Positions 10,386-20,035 of a stretch of DNA of 64,000 nt are shown here, in pieces. The DNA comes from Candidatus Hydrogenedentota bacterium (lineage in GTDB: Bacteria; Hydrogenedentota; Hydrogenedentia; Hydrogenedentales; SLHB01), in NCBI GenBank assembly GCA_029552745.1, contig JAKPDK010000167.1, positions 7,622 through 71,621 of the forward strand, written 5' to 3'. Made by a program: the position numbers and the translations under genes. The notes under the pieces were generated by a model. That model had not been told where the DNA came from, did not search any database, and was given only the letters and a program-made list of their open reading frames with translations. Every line of letters starts with the position of its first letter. Within the stretch, counting starts at the first letter, position 1.

Positions 10386-11765
10386 TTAAGCTTTTTCGAG
10401 AACGGCAAGCATCTCTTCGATGCGCGTAAACTTTTCGCGCGGTTTGCCAGCGGCGCGTCCCCGTTCCATTTCCGCCGCATCAATGCGCCTCCAATCGTCA
10501 AACGATACGACACGTACGCCGCGTTCTCGAAGCAGGGTATGTAGCAGCTCGTCGTCTCGTGCCTCACATGGCGAAAGGCGGGGCAGGTCCTCAACGATAC
10601 ACTTAACAGTTTCCGCGGCATCCGGTTTGTTTGTCCCAATAACTCCCTGAGGTCCCCGTTTGATCCATCCGCAGGTATAAAACCCTACTACCGGCGTTCC
10701 GTTGTCTACCACTCGCCCGTCCCGATTCGGAATGACGCCGCGAGAATGGTCGAAGGGAACCTGGGGCATTTCCGTGCCGCGATAGCCTACGCTGCGAAAC
10801 AGCAGGCCGCAAGGAATGTCCTGGTATATACCCCTGCCCACTGCTCTGAGTTTCATCGGCTCCCCCTCAAGTCGATTCTTTTCCAGGCGGACACCTTCCA
10901 AACGAGTGGTGCCGAGCAGTGCCACCGGACTCTTCAAAAAATGAATATGTATCTGTTTTTGCGCCGTGGAAGGATGGGAATCACCTATTTTTCTGAGAAT
11001 TTCCATGTTTGCGCGCGCATGGGCGTTTTCCGGCAGTGCCAACTCCTGTTCCGAAATAGAATCAAGCTGCATATATTCCGGGTCAATTACGACCCGGCAA
11101 TCGGGGATGGTAAGCAACTCCTTTAATTCTGCGGCGGTGAACTTCGTTTGTGCAGGCCCTCTTCTGCCAATTAAATGAATGTAACGAATGCGGCTCGAGG
11201 CTAGCGCTTCAAGTGCATGCGCCGCGATGTCCGTATGGGCAAGTTCGTCTACGGGCTTTGCAAGAATGCGGCATACGTCTAACGCCACATTTCCCTGACC
11301 GATGACCACGGCTGTCTCGGCGGTCAAGTCAAAGGTTCTGTCGCGATAATCGGGGTGTCCGTTATACCACCCTACAAACTCGGTCGCTGTGCAGCTACCG
11401 GGAAGGTCTTCGCCGGGGATATGCAGAGCACGGTCTTTTTCAGCGCCATAGGCAAAAACGACCACGTCAAAAAATCGCCGAAGTTCGTTGACGGTGAGAT
11501 CGGTTCCAATGCGCACATTACCCCAAAACGAGTAGCCAGGAGCCGCCGCGATGCGATCAAAAACTTTGATCACGCTCTTTATCTTGGGATGGTCCGGGGC
11601 GACACCTGCCCGTACCAATCCGTAAGGGGTAGGCAATCGGTCAAACATTGCCACAGCGACAGTCGTTCCGCTGTGCATCAGGGCATCCGCGGCGTAAAAC
11701 GCGCTAGGACCGCTGCCGACAATGGCGACACGTAAAGGCATATCCGTAGAACCGAGATGACTCAT
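10386..11765 (-). CDS. fprA: NADPH:ferredoxin (adrenodoxin-type) oxidoreductase, FprA-like
   Basis: 459 aa. Near-collinear match to the mycobacterial FprA / adrenodoxin reductase pattern: 'VAIVGSGPSAFYAADAL', 'FDRLPTPYGLVRAGVAPDHPKIKSV', 'VIGQGNVALDVCRIL', 'GWIKRGPQGVIGTNK'. Confidence 0.8.
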   Translation of the reverse strand: MSHLGSTDMPLRVAIVGSGPSAFYAADALMHSGTTVAVAMFDRLPTPYGLVRAGVAPDHPKIKSVIKVFDRIAAAPGYSFWGNVRIGTDLTVNELRRFFDVVVFAYGAEKDRALHIPGEDLPGSCTATEFVGWYNGHPDYRDRTFDLTAETAVVIGQGNVALDVCRILAKPVDELAHTDIAAHALEALASSRIRYIHLIGRRGPAQTKFTAAELKELLTIPDCRVVIDPEYMQLDSISEQELALPENAHARANMEILRKIGDSHPSTAQKQIHIHFLKSPVALLGTTRLEGVRLEKNRLEGEPMKLRAVGRGIYQDIPCGLLFRSVGYRGTEMPQVPFDHSRGVIPNRDGRVVDNGTPVVGFYTCGWIKRGPQGVIGTNKPDAAETVKCIVEDLPRLSPCEARDDELLHTLLRERGVRVVSFDDWRRIDAAEMERGRAAGKPREKFTRIEEMLAVLEKA

Positions 11766-13852
11766 TCTGTCCTTTCTGTTGATTTCACAGTCGGTGTAAA
11801 GGCATTAGCAGAAATAGGGAGTTGCTTCTCATAAAAACCATCGAGAGTTTCAAAATGTTCCCTGCGCCATTGTTCCAACCGTGCTTGAAGATCAGCGACG
11901 ATTTCCGGGTGTTGGGGCGCTAGGTTCTGTTTTTCTTGGGGGTCATTATCAAGTGAAAAGAGGAGGAATGCGCCGGTATTCAGGTGCAAGACCCCTTTAT
12001 ACCCTTTGAAGACCACCATTTCCAGCGAGCCATCGGGCGGATCTGCCGAGACCGCTCGCGCAAAAACGGGCTGGGGCGTGAGCACAACGGTTGTCCTTGT
12101 TGGGAGGACAGGCAAGACGTTTCCTTGCCAAACAGTCGGGACCCCAGCGCCCGCCAGAGATGCCAACGTCGGCGCAACATCCAGCAGGGATACGGGAGTT
12201 TCCTCAACCCGCGGGCGTATCCCTCGGCCTGCCAGGATCAAGGGCACGCGCACCACCTCGTCATATAAAGACTGCCCATGTCCCCAGGCGCCGTGTTCCC
12301 AAAATTCCTCGCCGTGACTGGCGGTAAAACAAACGTACGAACTTGCGCCCAGCTTTAACAGATCCAATTCTGCAAGAAGCCGCCGTACAGACCGATCAAC
12401 GTAGCGTACTTCGGCATCATATAGTGCCCGGATCTGGCGTTTGGTCTCGTCAGATGGCGAATCTTTTATGGTGGGAATGGAGTAACCTTGATATGCCTCA
12501 GGATGGAACCCCAGGAGTGCCGGCGAGGGGACATCCTTCGGGTGAAAATCATCCGGCGGATCGTAGGGCGCTTGAGGGTCTATAAGATGAACGTAGAGGA
12601 AGAAAGGCGAATACGGGTCGCGTCGGACAAACTCAAGTGCGTAACGCAGAACGTCACGGGTCGAATCATGAAAATGGGTGTCCACGGTACCGGGCAGGTA
12701 CTTACCTACAAAGGAACGAAGCGCGGGCAATAGCCGAAAAGGTCCGCGCGTTTCCGGCACGAACGGGTGGGTGAAGCAGACTTGTTGAAAGCCTCGCAAC
12801 GCGCCCGGCATGTCTTGTATTGCAGGATTTGCCACCACCGCGCAAGTTCGATACCCACGGTCGCGGAGGACTTCAGCAAGAAGTACGTCATGGGAACGAA
12901 ACCCGAATCTGCCTGGTTCCGCTGCTTTCTGTTCTTGCGACGTGTGAAGGGCAGCCTCGGGCGGATACACCGACGCATGCAGACTCAACAAGGACGGCAA
13001 GGTAGACGCCGCCGTGGCGTAACACCGGTTGTAGACCACACCAACTTGACTCAGCTTTTTCAAGGCGTGAGAGAGCTCCGGATCACCCATCCTTGTAAAC
13101 GCATCTGCACGAAATCCGTCCGACACGATCAGCACCATGTTGGGACGTGACACATCCCGGGGGACTTTTTGGGGCATGGGGAAAAGGTTTGCTGTGAGCA
13201 CCGGCAAGGAAAAGCCTACAAGAGCAACAGCCCCAAATGCCCAGCGGCGTACCGACGAGTCTCGCAAAAGGAGCGTAGAAAACCCATCCCCCGAGATCTC
13301 GATAACCCACACTAGAGCGGCAATCGTCAGGTACTCCGCACGACGGGGACTGAAAAGGAACACCTCGTGCCCCCACTGGACCGCCGCAATTCCGGAAACC
13401 ATAGCAACCACATAGCGCGTGGACAAAGCAGAAAGAGGCACAGACCGCCAAACCGATAAAGATTGAAAAAGGAGACCCGTGAGCACAATTCCCCCGAACA
13501 TGACCATATCGCTTCTGTCCGTGACGGAATCTTGACCGTTTCGGACGAAAGCCCAGAGCACGGCAGCGCTGACGGAACAAACCCAAATGACAAGTAGCGA
13601 GCGTTTCAAAAATCTATTTCGTGCAAAGGAAAAAACAGTTCCCAACCCCACTAGCGCAAGACCGAACAGCGCCCCTAGATATACCAACCCGCCAAGTAAC
13701 GCGGATAGCCACTCTCTGGGTTCCGCACCCGTGAACAATCCCGAACGGTGAACTTTCAATACTTCGCAAAAAACAAAAAAACTGGCAAACGCTGCAGAGA
13801 CACAAACGGTGTCCCGGAGAAATTTCCCCCTCGCTGTTAAAGAACTAACCAA
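11762..13852 (-). CDS. membrane-anchored sulfatase / alkaline-phosphatase-superfamily protein
   Basis: 696 aa. The N-terminal ~230 aa are multi-TM. The C-terminal catalytic domain has 'MVLIVSDGFRADAF' and 'CFTASHGEEFWEHGAWGHGQSLYDEVVRVPLILAG', the sulfatase/AP-superfamily metal-site pattern. The stop overlaps the fprA start by 4 nt. Confidence 0.6.
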   Translation of the reverse strand: MVSSLTARGKFLRDTVCVSAAFASFFVFCEVLKVHRSGLFTGAEPREWLSALLGGLVYLGALFGLALVGLGTVFSFARNRFLKRSLLVIWVCSVSAAVLWAFVRNGQDSVTDRSDMVMFGGIVLTGLLFQSLSVWRSVPLSALSTRYVVAMVSGIAAVQWGHEVFLFSPRRAEYLTIAALVWVIEISGDGFSTLLLRDSSVRRWAFGAVALVGFSLPVLTANLFPMPQKVPRDVSRPNMVLIVSDGFRADAFTRMGDPELSHALKKLSQVGVVYNRCYATAASTLPSLLSLHASVYPPEAALHTSQEQKAAEPGRFGFRSHDVLLAEVLRDRGYRTCAVVANPAIQDMPGALRGFQQVCFTHPFVPETRGPFRLLPALRSFVGKYLPGTVDTHFHDSTRDVLRYALEFVRRDPYSPFFLYVHLIDPQAPYDPPDDFHPKDVPSPALLGFHPEAYQGYSIPTIKDSPSDETKRQIRALYDAEVRYVDRSVRRLLAELDLLKLGASSYVCFTASHGEEFWEHGAWGHGQSLYDEVVRVPLILAGRGIRPRVEETPVSLLDVAPTLASLAGAGVPTVWQGNVLPVLPTRTTVVLTPQPVFARAVSADPPDGSLEMVVFKGYKGVLHLNTGAFLLFSLDNDPQEKQNLAPQHPEIVADLQARLEQWRREHFETLDGFYEKQLPISANAFTPTVKSTERTE

Positions 13853-14185
13853 ATTATGCCATTCTCCTGCCGCCCCAAAAAGTCTCGCTTACAGGTTTCT
13901 AGGCGGACATTTTACGCAAAAAACCGCCGCTTGTTTCACCGCAACGGGCGCGATGTAGTCTGAAAATCAGCCCGCTACACACTGCGGCAAAAAAGCCTCC
14001 GCATTTTGCCAAAAAACCCGCAGAATTTTAACGCGTAACCTTACGTGAGAGCAAAACGTTCGGCACGGACTCCCTCTTTTTGGACACTTTGGATAAACGG
14101 GTCCCAGCGAACTTCGGTACGAGGCGTGTCTAGTCAGTCTAATTTTGAAGCACCCCGCGCTACTTGCCCCCAAAAACGCCCTTTT

Positions 14186-15495
14186 CGCTTGTCATTGCGA
14201 CGAGCGGCGTCAGGCACGACGTGGCAATCCCCTTGGGATTTCGGGGATTAGCATGCCCTAGGTCCTCTTGCGCTACGTCTCCCACGTTGTCATTGCGAGG
14301 AGTGCCGCAGGCACGACGTGGCAATCCCCTCGGGATTTCGGGGATTAGCATGCCCTGGGTCCTCTTGCGCTACGTCTCCTCCGTTGTCATTGCGAGGAGC
14401 CCCGCAGGGGCGACGCGGCAATCCCCTCGGGATTTCGGGGATTAGCATGCCCTGGGTTCTCTTGCGCTGCGTCTCTGGCGCTGTCATTGCGAGGAGTGCC
14501 GGTAGACACGACGCGGCAATCCCCTCGGGAGTTCGGGGATGACCACGCCCTGGGTTCCCGTGCGCTACGCGGTTGAGGGGATTGCTTCGTCGCTTCGAAG
14601 ACTCGCTCCTCGCAATGACACCGCGGGGGACATCAAACCCAACAAGATTCATTGAAACCCCTCCCTGCCGTCCCTTGTAGGGGCGAGCCCCCGTGCTCGC
14701 CCTCCCTTGTGCCTGCGCAGAACTACGTTTTCCGAGCATCCCATGTTTTTCCCCGTAGGGGCAAAATTGGTTGGGCAACCACGGGGGTTGCCCCTACACA
14801 TGTTCAGAATAGCCTTATTTTGTCCATTCCGTCCACCTCTCCTTGCGAGAAGTGCCGTTAGGCACGACGTGGCAATCCCCTTAGGAATTCGGGGATGACC
14901 ATGCCCTGGGTTCTCTTGCGCTACGCGGTTGAGGGGATTGCTTCGTCGCTTCGGGGACTCGCTCCTCGCAATGACACGGCGGGGGACAATAAACCCAACC
15001 GGATAGGGTGAAACCACTCCCTGCCATCCCTTGTAGGGGCGAGCCCCTGTGCTCGCCCTGCCAGTCCCTGCCCAAAACTACCTTCTTCGCGCATTCCACG
15101 TTTCCCCCGTAGGGGCGAGATTGGTTGGGCAACCACAGGGGGTTGCCCCTACTCATGTTCAGAATAACCTTATTTCGTCCATTCCGTCCACCTCTTCTTG
15201 CGAGGAGTGCCGGTAGGCACGACGTGGCAATCCCCTTGGGATTTCGGAATGACCATGCCCGGGGTTCTCTTGCGCTACGCGGTTGAGGGGATTGCTTCGT
15301 CGCTTCGAAGACTCGCTCCTCGCAATGACAACCACAAATGCCGGCGTAAGACGGGCAAGGCATGCCTCGGCCGTACAACGAAGGATGGGGACATTAGGCG
15401 CAACGCGTTGCGCCCTATCTTAAGCCCGGCGGTTGTCCCCATGATCCCCGAGGAGATTGCCGCGTCGTACCTGGCGGCAGTCCTCGGAATGACGG
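14186..15495. repeat. complex tandem array of the palindromic MITE-like element: about four tandem 97-bp units (14190-14490), then 2.5 copies of a ~360-bp composite unit, plus a degenerate terminal copy
   Basis: The unit 'gttgtcattgcgaggagtgccgcaggcacgacgtggcaatcccctcgggatttcggggattagcatgccctgggtcctcttgcgctacgtctcc' is repeated head-to-tail. Further right, the inverted partner 'gaggggattgcttcgtcgcttcgaagactcgctcctcgcaatgaca' recurs at ~14570, ~14930 and ~15280, with internal palindromes 'tgtaggggcgagcccccgtgctcgccc' and 'ggttgggcaaccacgggggttgcccctac'. There are no unique spacers. Confidence 0.85.
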
Positions 15496-15678
15496 GGTCA
15501 AAGGGAATGGCCTCGTACAATTCATTGACTCATTGTCACCGCGCGTCTATACTAAAGGGTGGGTTGCCGTGGACGTGTGTAAATCAATTTCGGGCAACGC
15601 GGGATAGACTAGGCGGCTGAGGTGTGATGTTAGCGTTTATCTTAGCAGGTAAAAACACACGATAAGGAAAAAGCCAAA

Positions 15679-18600
15679 ATGAGCAGGATATCTCTTGTGG
15701 TGGCGCAGCTCTTGAAAACGAAAACTCGGACGGGACGCGCGATAGCATTGGGCATGGTTGCGCTAACAGTTTGCGCGGTTTCGGTTTCTCAGGAGGCGAC
15801 ACCGACGTCCAGCATCGTGATCACTACAGACGGCGCTAATCCGGTGCCGTCGTCGTATATCCTGATGGTGGGCAGCAGCCAAGATTTTGCGGTGTTGCGC
15901 GTATTTGCTGATGGGACGAGACAAGCGGCAAGCCCGGGAGAAATCCAATGGACGTTTAGCGCCCCGAATCTTGTGGAAGTCTCTGTTGACGCAGTCTCTG
16001 GTTTTGCAGTGGTGACTGCCGTCCGTGAAGGAGAAGGAGTCTTGCGTGCTACAGATGATAGCGGTGCGGTAACGGAGGTGCGGCTATGCATGCGTACCCG
16101 TGGAGGCTCAGGGCAAGCCGCGACATCGGGCGCTTTGCTCGGGCTACGGGTCCCCTCGGACAATGCCCGAATTTTCTATCAGCAGGCCTCGTCAGGGGTG
16201 CCTCTCACGGTACTTGCCGCGAACGAAGGGCCTGTTGCGTTTGACCGTTTGCAATTCACCCTGGATGGATTTCAATTGGGTGTGGCACAGGAAGCCCCAT
16301 ATGCCGTAACCCATCGCGATGTTACCGTTCTACCAACATGGCAGCACCACCGAGTTTCTGTAAAAGGATTTCTCGCAAGTTCTGATGGACAACCTCTCGA
16401 AAGGACTTTGTCTTTCTTCACGGTGCCGATAGATGCGGACAAAAATGGCGATGGCTTGCCCGACGACTTGTTAAGCCTGGGGATGGCTCCAGGTGACTTG
16501 TGGGTAGCACGTACGGGGAAATCTAGACCAAACACCTTAAATGGTAACGAGGCGGCAGTTGCGTCAGGGTCAGTAGTCATTGCTGCCCTTCCCGTAGGAA
16601 TAAACCCCGGTGCATCTGTCGTCATACAAGACCCGGACAATCCGAAACGTACGACCGTGGTAACCGTGGCGCCGGGCTTGCTGCAATCAAACGAGATAGG
16701 TTTCCTAATCGTGGTAGTAAGTGATGAACTGGACGGGATCGTCGAGAGCGCGCCCACCTTGCCGAGCCACGAACTCACCCCCCAAGGGGCTTTTGTTTTT
16801 GCTTCGGTCATAGCTAGTCGGGATGGCGGAAAAACGTTTTTTAACCTTGACAAAGATCGCCTCGCAGACGGAGCGGTGCGGATAGACATGTACGGGGTAG
16901 CCGTCGTCCCCGATGAAAATGCCAGGTTCTTAATGTATCCCGCCGCAGTGGGTAACGCCGAAGGTACGGCGGAAGCGGGACTTAGACTGTCCGTTTCCCA
17001 TGACGGGACATGGTCGGACTCTTCCAGAGGGTCCCAGATTCGCACAGGCGTCATTTCCACATGGATGACAGCGCCGGGGATCTATGCCCCCTTCGTCACG
17101 CCGTCGCAAATACAGATTTTGGGTGTTTGGAATGCTGATACCGGCACCCCCTCGGGTTATTGCATTGGGGGCGACACGGTCATGCTGCGGCTGGCAAACG
17201 CACCTCGAGATGTGATTCCATCGGTAGCATTTGATGGGATCTCCGCGCCCCACGTGGAACAGGTGAGCGGTACCCCCGACCTTTTCATGGTGACTTCGCC
17301 GCGGGCTCCCCGTTCGGAAGCTCCTGTTACTGCTAGAAAAGTCGACGTTCAGGTTTCGCTTCTTGAAGACCCAGATAACCGAGACACGTTGGCGGATGGG
17401 TTCACGTTCGTTGGCCCTGAGATAGACACCATCCGTCCCAACACGGGACCCCAAAACGGCGGTACGACCGTTTGGCTATGGGGACACGGATTTGATAAGC
17501 AGGGGATGGCCGCACGAATTGGAACGTCGGTGCTGGTGCAAATCTCCGACGTAACCCCCACCCTGTTCCGGGGTGTTACAACGCCGGGGGAAGCAGCGAT
17601 AGCCGATGTGGTTGTGCGAACTTCCAATGGCTATCTTGGAATATTGCGAAACGGTTATACCTACACACAAGATGAGGCCTCCATTGACAACGGTGTGACG
17701 CTGAATGCTCCTTCGTCCAATCCTGCAACGTCTTCCGAAACCTCGCCGCGTGTTGTGCGAATAGAACCGGCTACCGCGTGGTCCTATGGCGGGTGCGTGG
17801 TACGGTTGTCTGGAAGTGGCTTTGTGCCAGATGCGACACGTGGCACGCGCGTCTTCATCGGGGGGCAAGAAGCTTCCTATGCGCCGCCTGCCGCCGGCAC
17901 GACTCCATCCACCACAGACCTGTATGTAATTGCCCCGGGGCTTCCATCTGATGTGGAACCCGATTTCGACCGAGTGAAGGTTGCTGTTGCGGTGGTAAAT
18001 CCCGATGGTACTCAAACGGCCTATCCGGCGTGCTTTACCTATGTGCGCAACGAAAAACGTCTTCAAACCACGCCCGCACAAGATGATACCCCAGCGTGTA
18101 CCGATATGGTTCATTCTTGGACTTTCTCGTTCGATTCGCGAACGGGATCGGGCACCTGCGCCTTTCCCATAACCGATGGGCTTGTCCCGGATACACTTTA
18201 TGTCGATATTCCCCCGTTGCCTGATGCGTGGAAAGGGACGGTGTTTGCCCTCATTCGGGCGACCCGAGAGTACCGGTTACTGGGTTTGGAAAACATTGCT
18301 GCGGGCGAGTCAATAGAGGGTTGCTGGGCAGTAGATGTCCATTTGTATCGAGGCGAATATCCGTTTGACGAATTGAAACCCCAGTTTGATCTGCACACAG
18401 ATTCTCTGGTGATTGATTTCCCCACCACCGACAAGATGGGACAACCCCTTCTATTTGCGGGTGACATCCAGAGCGGCGGCACGGCAGTCTATCGCCTGGA
18501 CACGAGCCTTTCGTCTTGGGACTATTTCAATGCCGATTGGGGGTATGTGGTAGACGGGGATACCGCCGGCGTTTACCAATGGAATGTCGGCGCCGGCGAC

Positions 18601-19482
18601 ACCGCACCCGCAATAGCGCGTTCTGGCAATCCGGAACTCCCCGTGGAACGTGTTCGATTTAAGGCAGACCGCACCGGTTCGTTCATGCTAAGAAAATGCG
18701 CGTTCATTCCGGATGAACTCCTAAAAGCCACCTCCTATGCCATTGCCGAAGACAGTCCGAAAAGCGGCCCCTATGGCGGTGGTACGGAAATCCGCATCGT
18801 GGGACGCGGGTTGGCATGGCCGAATCGCATTCGGTTTGGCGAAGTCACCGCGTATTTACCGGGAACCTCACTGGAAGGGCGACTGCTTTATGCGGACGAC
18901 ACGGAGATCCGCGTATTGTCACCTGCGGTGACCCCCCGCGATGGTAGTCTGACGGTAGATATTGGCATTGATTTACCCCAAGGGTTAGACAAGGCGGAGC
19001 GCGAAGTGGTGTTACAGAAACAGTACACGCTCCAAAACCTGGGTCCATTGGCAACAATCCTCGCCGCGTTGGTTGCGGTGCCCGTTGCGCTCATCGGGCT
19101 GTTTGCCGGTGGCAAGAGCGGCGGTGGCGGTGGCGGACCTTGCTTCATTGCGACAGCGGCGTATGGCACGCCCCTGGCGGAACAAATTGATGTGCTCCGC
19201 GCCGTTCGAGATCACTTCCTCTTGACAAATGCATTCGGTACGGCGATAGTTGACGTTTATTATCGGGTGAGTCCGGCACTTGCAGACGTGATCGCGGCAC
19301 ACCCATTGTTGGCGGGCGTGGTCCGATTGTTGCTCTGGCCGGTGGTTTGGGTTTCTCGCGCGGCACTCGCAATGCCTGGTGTCATATGGCCATCGTTCGC
19401 TTTACTGACTACCCTGGCGCTTTATCCTTTCCGAAGGAAAAGGTCTAGACGCAACACGCTTCGTGTGCATCAAGAAAAATAA
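15679..19482 (+). CDS. giant secreted surface protein with IPT/TIG domains and a conserved C-terminal 'CFIATAAYG' anchor-like domain
   Basis: 1267 aa with an N-terminal signal peptide. IPT/TIG-type segments include 'IRPNTGPQNGGTTVWLWGHGF', 'IEPATAWSYGGCVVRLSGSGF' and 'GPYGGGTEIRIVGRGL'. The C-terminus reads 'GGGGGGPCFIATAAYGTPLAEQIDVLRAVRDHFLLTN...', followed by a hydrophobic stretch and the basic tail 'FRRKRSRRN'. Confidence 0.7.
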   Translation: MSRISLVVAQLLKTKTRTGRAIALGMVALTVCAVSVSQEATPTSSIVITTDGANPVPSSYILMVGSSQDFAVLRVFADGTRQAASPGEIQWTFSAPNLVEVSVDAVSGFAVVTAVREGEGVLRATDDSGAVTEVRLCMRTRGGSGQAATSGALLGLRVPSDNARIFYQQASSGVPLTVLAANEGPVAFDRLQFTLDGFQLGVAQEAPYAVTHRDVTVLPTWQHHRVSVKGFLASSDGQPLERTLSFFTVPIDADKNGDGLPDDLLSLGMAPGDLWVARTGKSRPNTLNGNEAAVASGSVVIAALPVGINPGASVVIQDPDNPKRTTVVTVAPGLLQSNEIGFLIVVVSDELDGIVESAPTLPSHELTPQGAFVFASVIASRDGGKTFFNLDKDRLADGAVRIDMYGVAVVPDENARFLMYPAAVGNAEGTAEAGLRLSVSHDGTWSDSSRGSQIRTGVISTWMTAPGIYAPFVTPSQIQILGVWNADTGTPSGYCIGGDTVMLRLANAPRDVIPSVAFDGISAPHVEQVSGTPDLFMVTSPRAPRSEAPVTARKVDVQVSLLEDPDNRDTLADGFTFVGPEIDTIRPNTGPQNGGTTVWLWGHGFDKQGMAARIGTSVLVQISDVTPTLFRGVTTPGEAAIADVVVRTSNGYLGILRNGYTYTQDEASIDNGVTLNAPSSNPATSSETSPRVVRIEPATAWSYGGCVVRLSGSGFVPDATRGTRVFIGGQEASYAPPAAGTTPSTTDLYVIAPGLPSDVEPDFDRVKVAVAVVNPDGTQTAYPACFTYVRNEKRLQTTPAQDDTPACTDMVHSWTFSFDSRTGSGTCAFPITDGLVPDTLYVDIPPLPDAWKGTVFALIRATREYRLLGLENIAAGESIEGCWAVDVHLYRGEYPFDELKPQFDLHTDSLVIDFPTTDKMGQPLLFAGDIQSGGTAVYRLDTSLSSWDYFNADWGYVVDGDTAGVYQWNVGAGDTAPAIARSGNPELPVERVRFKADRTGSFMLRKCAFIPDELLKATSYAIAEDSPKSGPYGGGTEIRIVGRGLAWPNRIRFGEVTAYLPGTSLEGRLLYADDTEIRVLSPAVTPRDGSLTVDIGIDLPQGLDKAEREVVLQKQYTLQNLGPLATILAALVAVPVALIGLFAGGKSGGGGGGPCFIATAAYGTPLAEQIDVLRAVRDHFLLTNAFGTAIVDVYYRVSPALADVIAAHPLLAGVVRLLLWPVVWVSRAALAMPGVIWPSFALLTTLALYPFRRKRSRRNTLRVHQEK

Positions 19483-19523
19483 AAAGACAATTTTTTTGAG
19501 AAGATAAATGGCTCGAGGTTCCT

Positions 19524-19919
19524 ATGGCTGCACGATTCATGTGGATTTTTGTGATTGGGTATGGCTTGTTGGGTATTGCCGGAGTTCTGGCTCCCACGCT
19601 GGAACGCCGCCTTATCGGAGTGTTTACGCGAAAAATGCCCGTCCGCCTATTAGGCGTTGTTTTGATTGTTCTGGGTGTGCTGGTGTTCCGATGGGCGCCC
19701 GACACCGGCTGGCCGCGTTTGGCGCAAGTGCTGGGCGTGGTCAACACCATCGCCGGCGGCGTCAATTTGATCTTGCCGGACGCCATGGTGGTTTTTAACG
19801 AAAACTGGATTGCCAGCAAAACCCTATGGCACAGACTCTTGGGCGTGCTTTATCTGGTTGCTGCCTATCTGTGCTACTTAGCCACCATCATCACAAGTGC
19901 CGCGTCACCCGACGCCTAG
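19524..19919 (+). CDS. small integral membrane protein (hypothetical)
   Basis: 131 aa with 3-4 hydrophobic helices. Coding-like composition. It lies 42 nt downstream of the giant TIG protein gene. Confidence 0.4.
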   Translation: MAARFMWIFVIGYGLLGIAGVLAPTLERRLIGVFTRKMPVRLLGVVLIVLGVLVFRWAPDTGWPRLAQVLGVVNTIAGGVNLILPDAMVVFNENWIASKTLWHRLLGVLYLVAAYLCYLATIITSAASPDA

Positions 19920-19924
19920 AAAGA

Positions 19925-20035
19925 GCCGTAGGGCGTGTGCTCGAATGAGGCATTGAGGGACTTGTCCGCCTTCCGAGAGCTCCGGCTTGAACCCAAATTG
20001 TCATGGAAACAGCACGCCGCCACCGCCCATCGCCG
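19925..20035. repeat. left copy of a ~100-bp imperfect direct repeat flanking the MNT/HepT module
   Basis: 'gggcgtgtgctcgaatgaggcattgagggacttgtccgccttccgagagctccggcttgaac' compared with 21063-21125 'cggcgtgtgctcaaacgaggcatagagcgacttgtccgcgttccgcacgctccggctcgaac'. On the minus strand both encode '...LGSSRS.R.ADKSL.ASFEHTPYG'. Confidence 0.55.

Noticed and set aside
14190-14490. Possible CRISPR array (regularly spaced repeats)
   Set aside because: The units are ~97 bp and directly abutting, with no unique spacers. The repeat is a palindromic MITE core that also occurs as solo copies elsewhere. No cas genes are adjacent.
14160-15520. Numerous 60-165-aa ORFs in the track inside the repeat arrays (e.g. 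14290..14778, 14881..15378, 15198..15620; likewise 46466..46720, 53328..53857)
   Set aside because: These are products of translating the repetitive palindromes (recurrent 'VIARSESSKRRSNPL', 'PVGARHASP', 'RGNPPWLPN' peptides). They occur in both orientations and overlap each other, so they are not genes.
16272-17060. Long antisense ORFs inside large genes (e.g. 16272..17060 -, 17476..18114 -, 26126..26752 +, 58440..59078 +, 62460..63665 +)
   Set aside because: They overlap well-supported genes on the opposite strand in a high-GC genome, where long spurious ORFs are expected, and they contain no recognisable motifs.
19508-19798. ORF 19508..19798 overlapping the small membrane protein gene in another frame
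   Set aside because: The 19524..19919 frame gives a coherent multi-helix hydrophobic protein. The 19508 frame gives an Arg/Cys-rich, low-complexity product.
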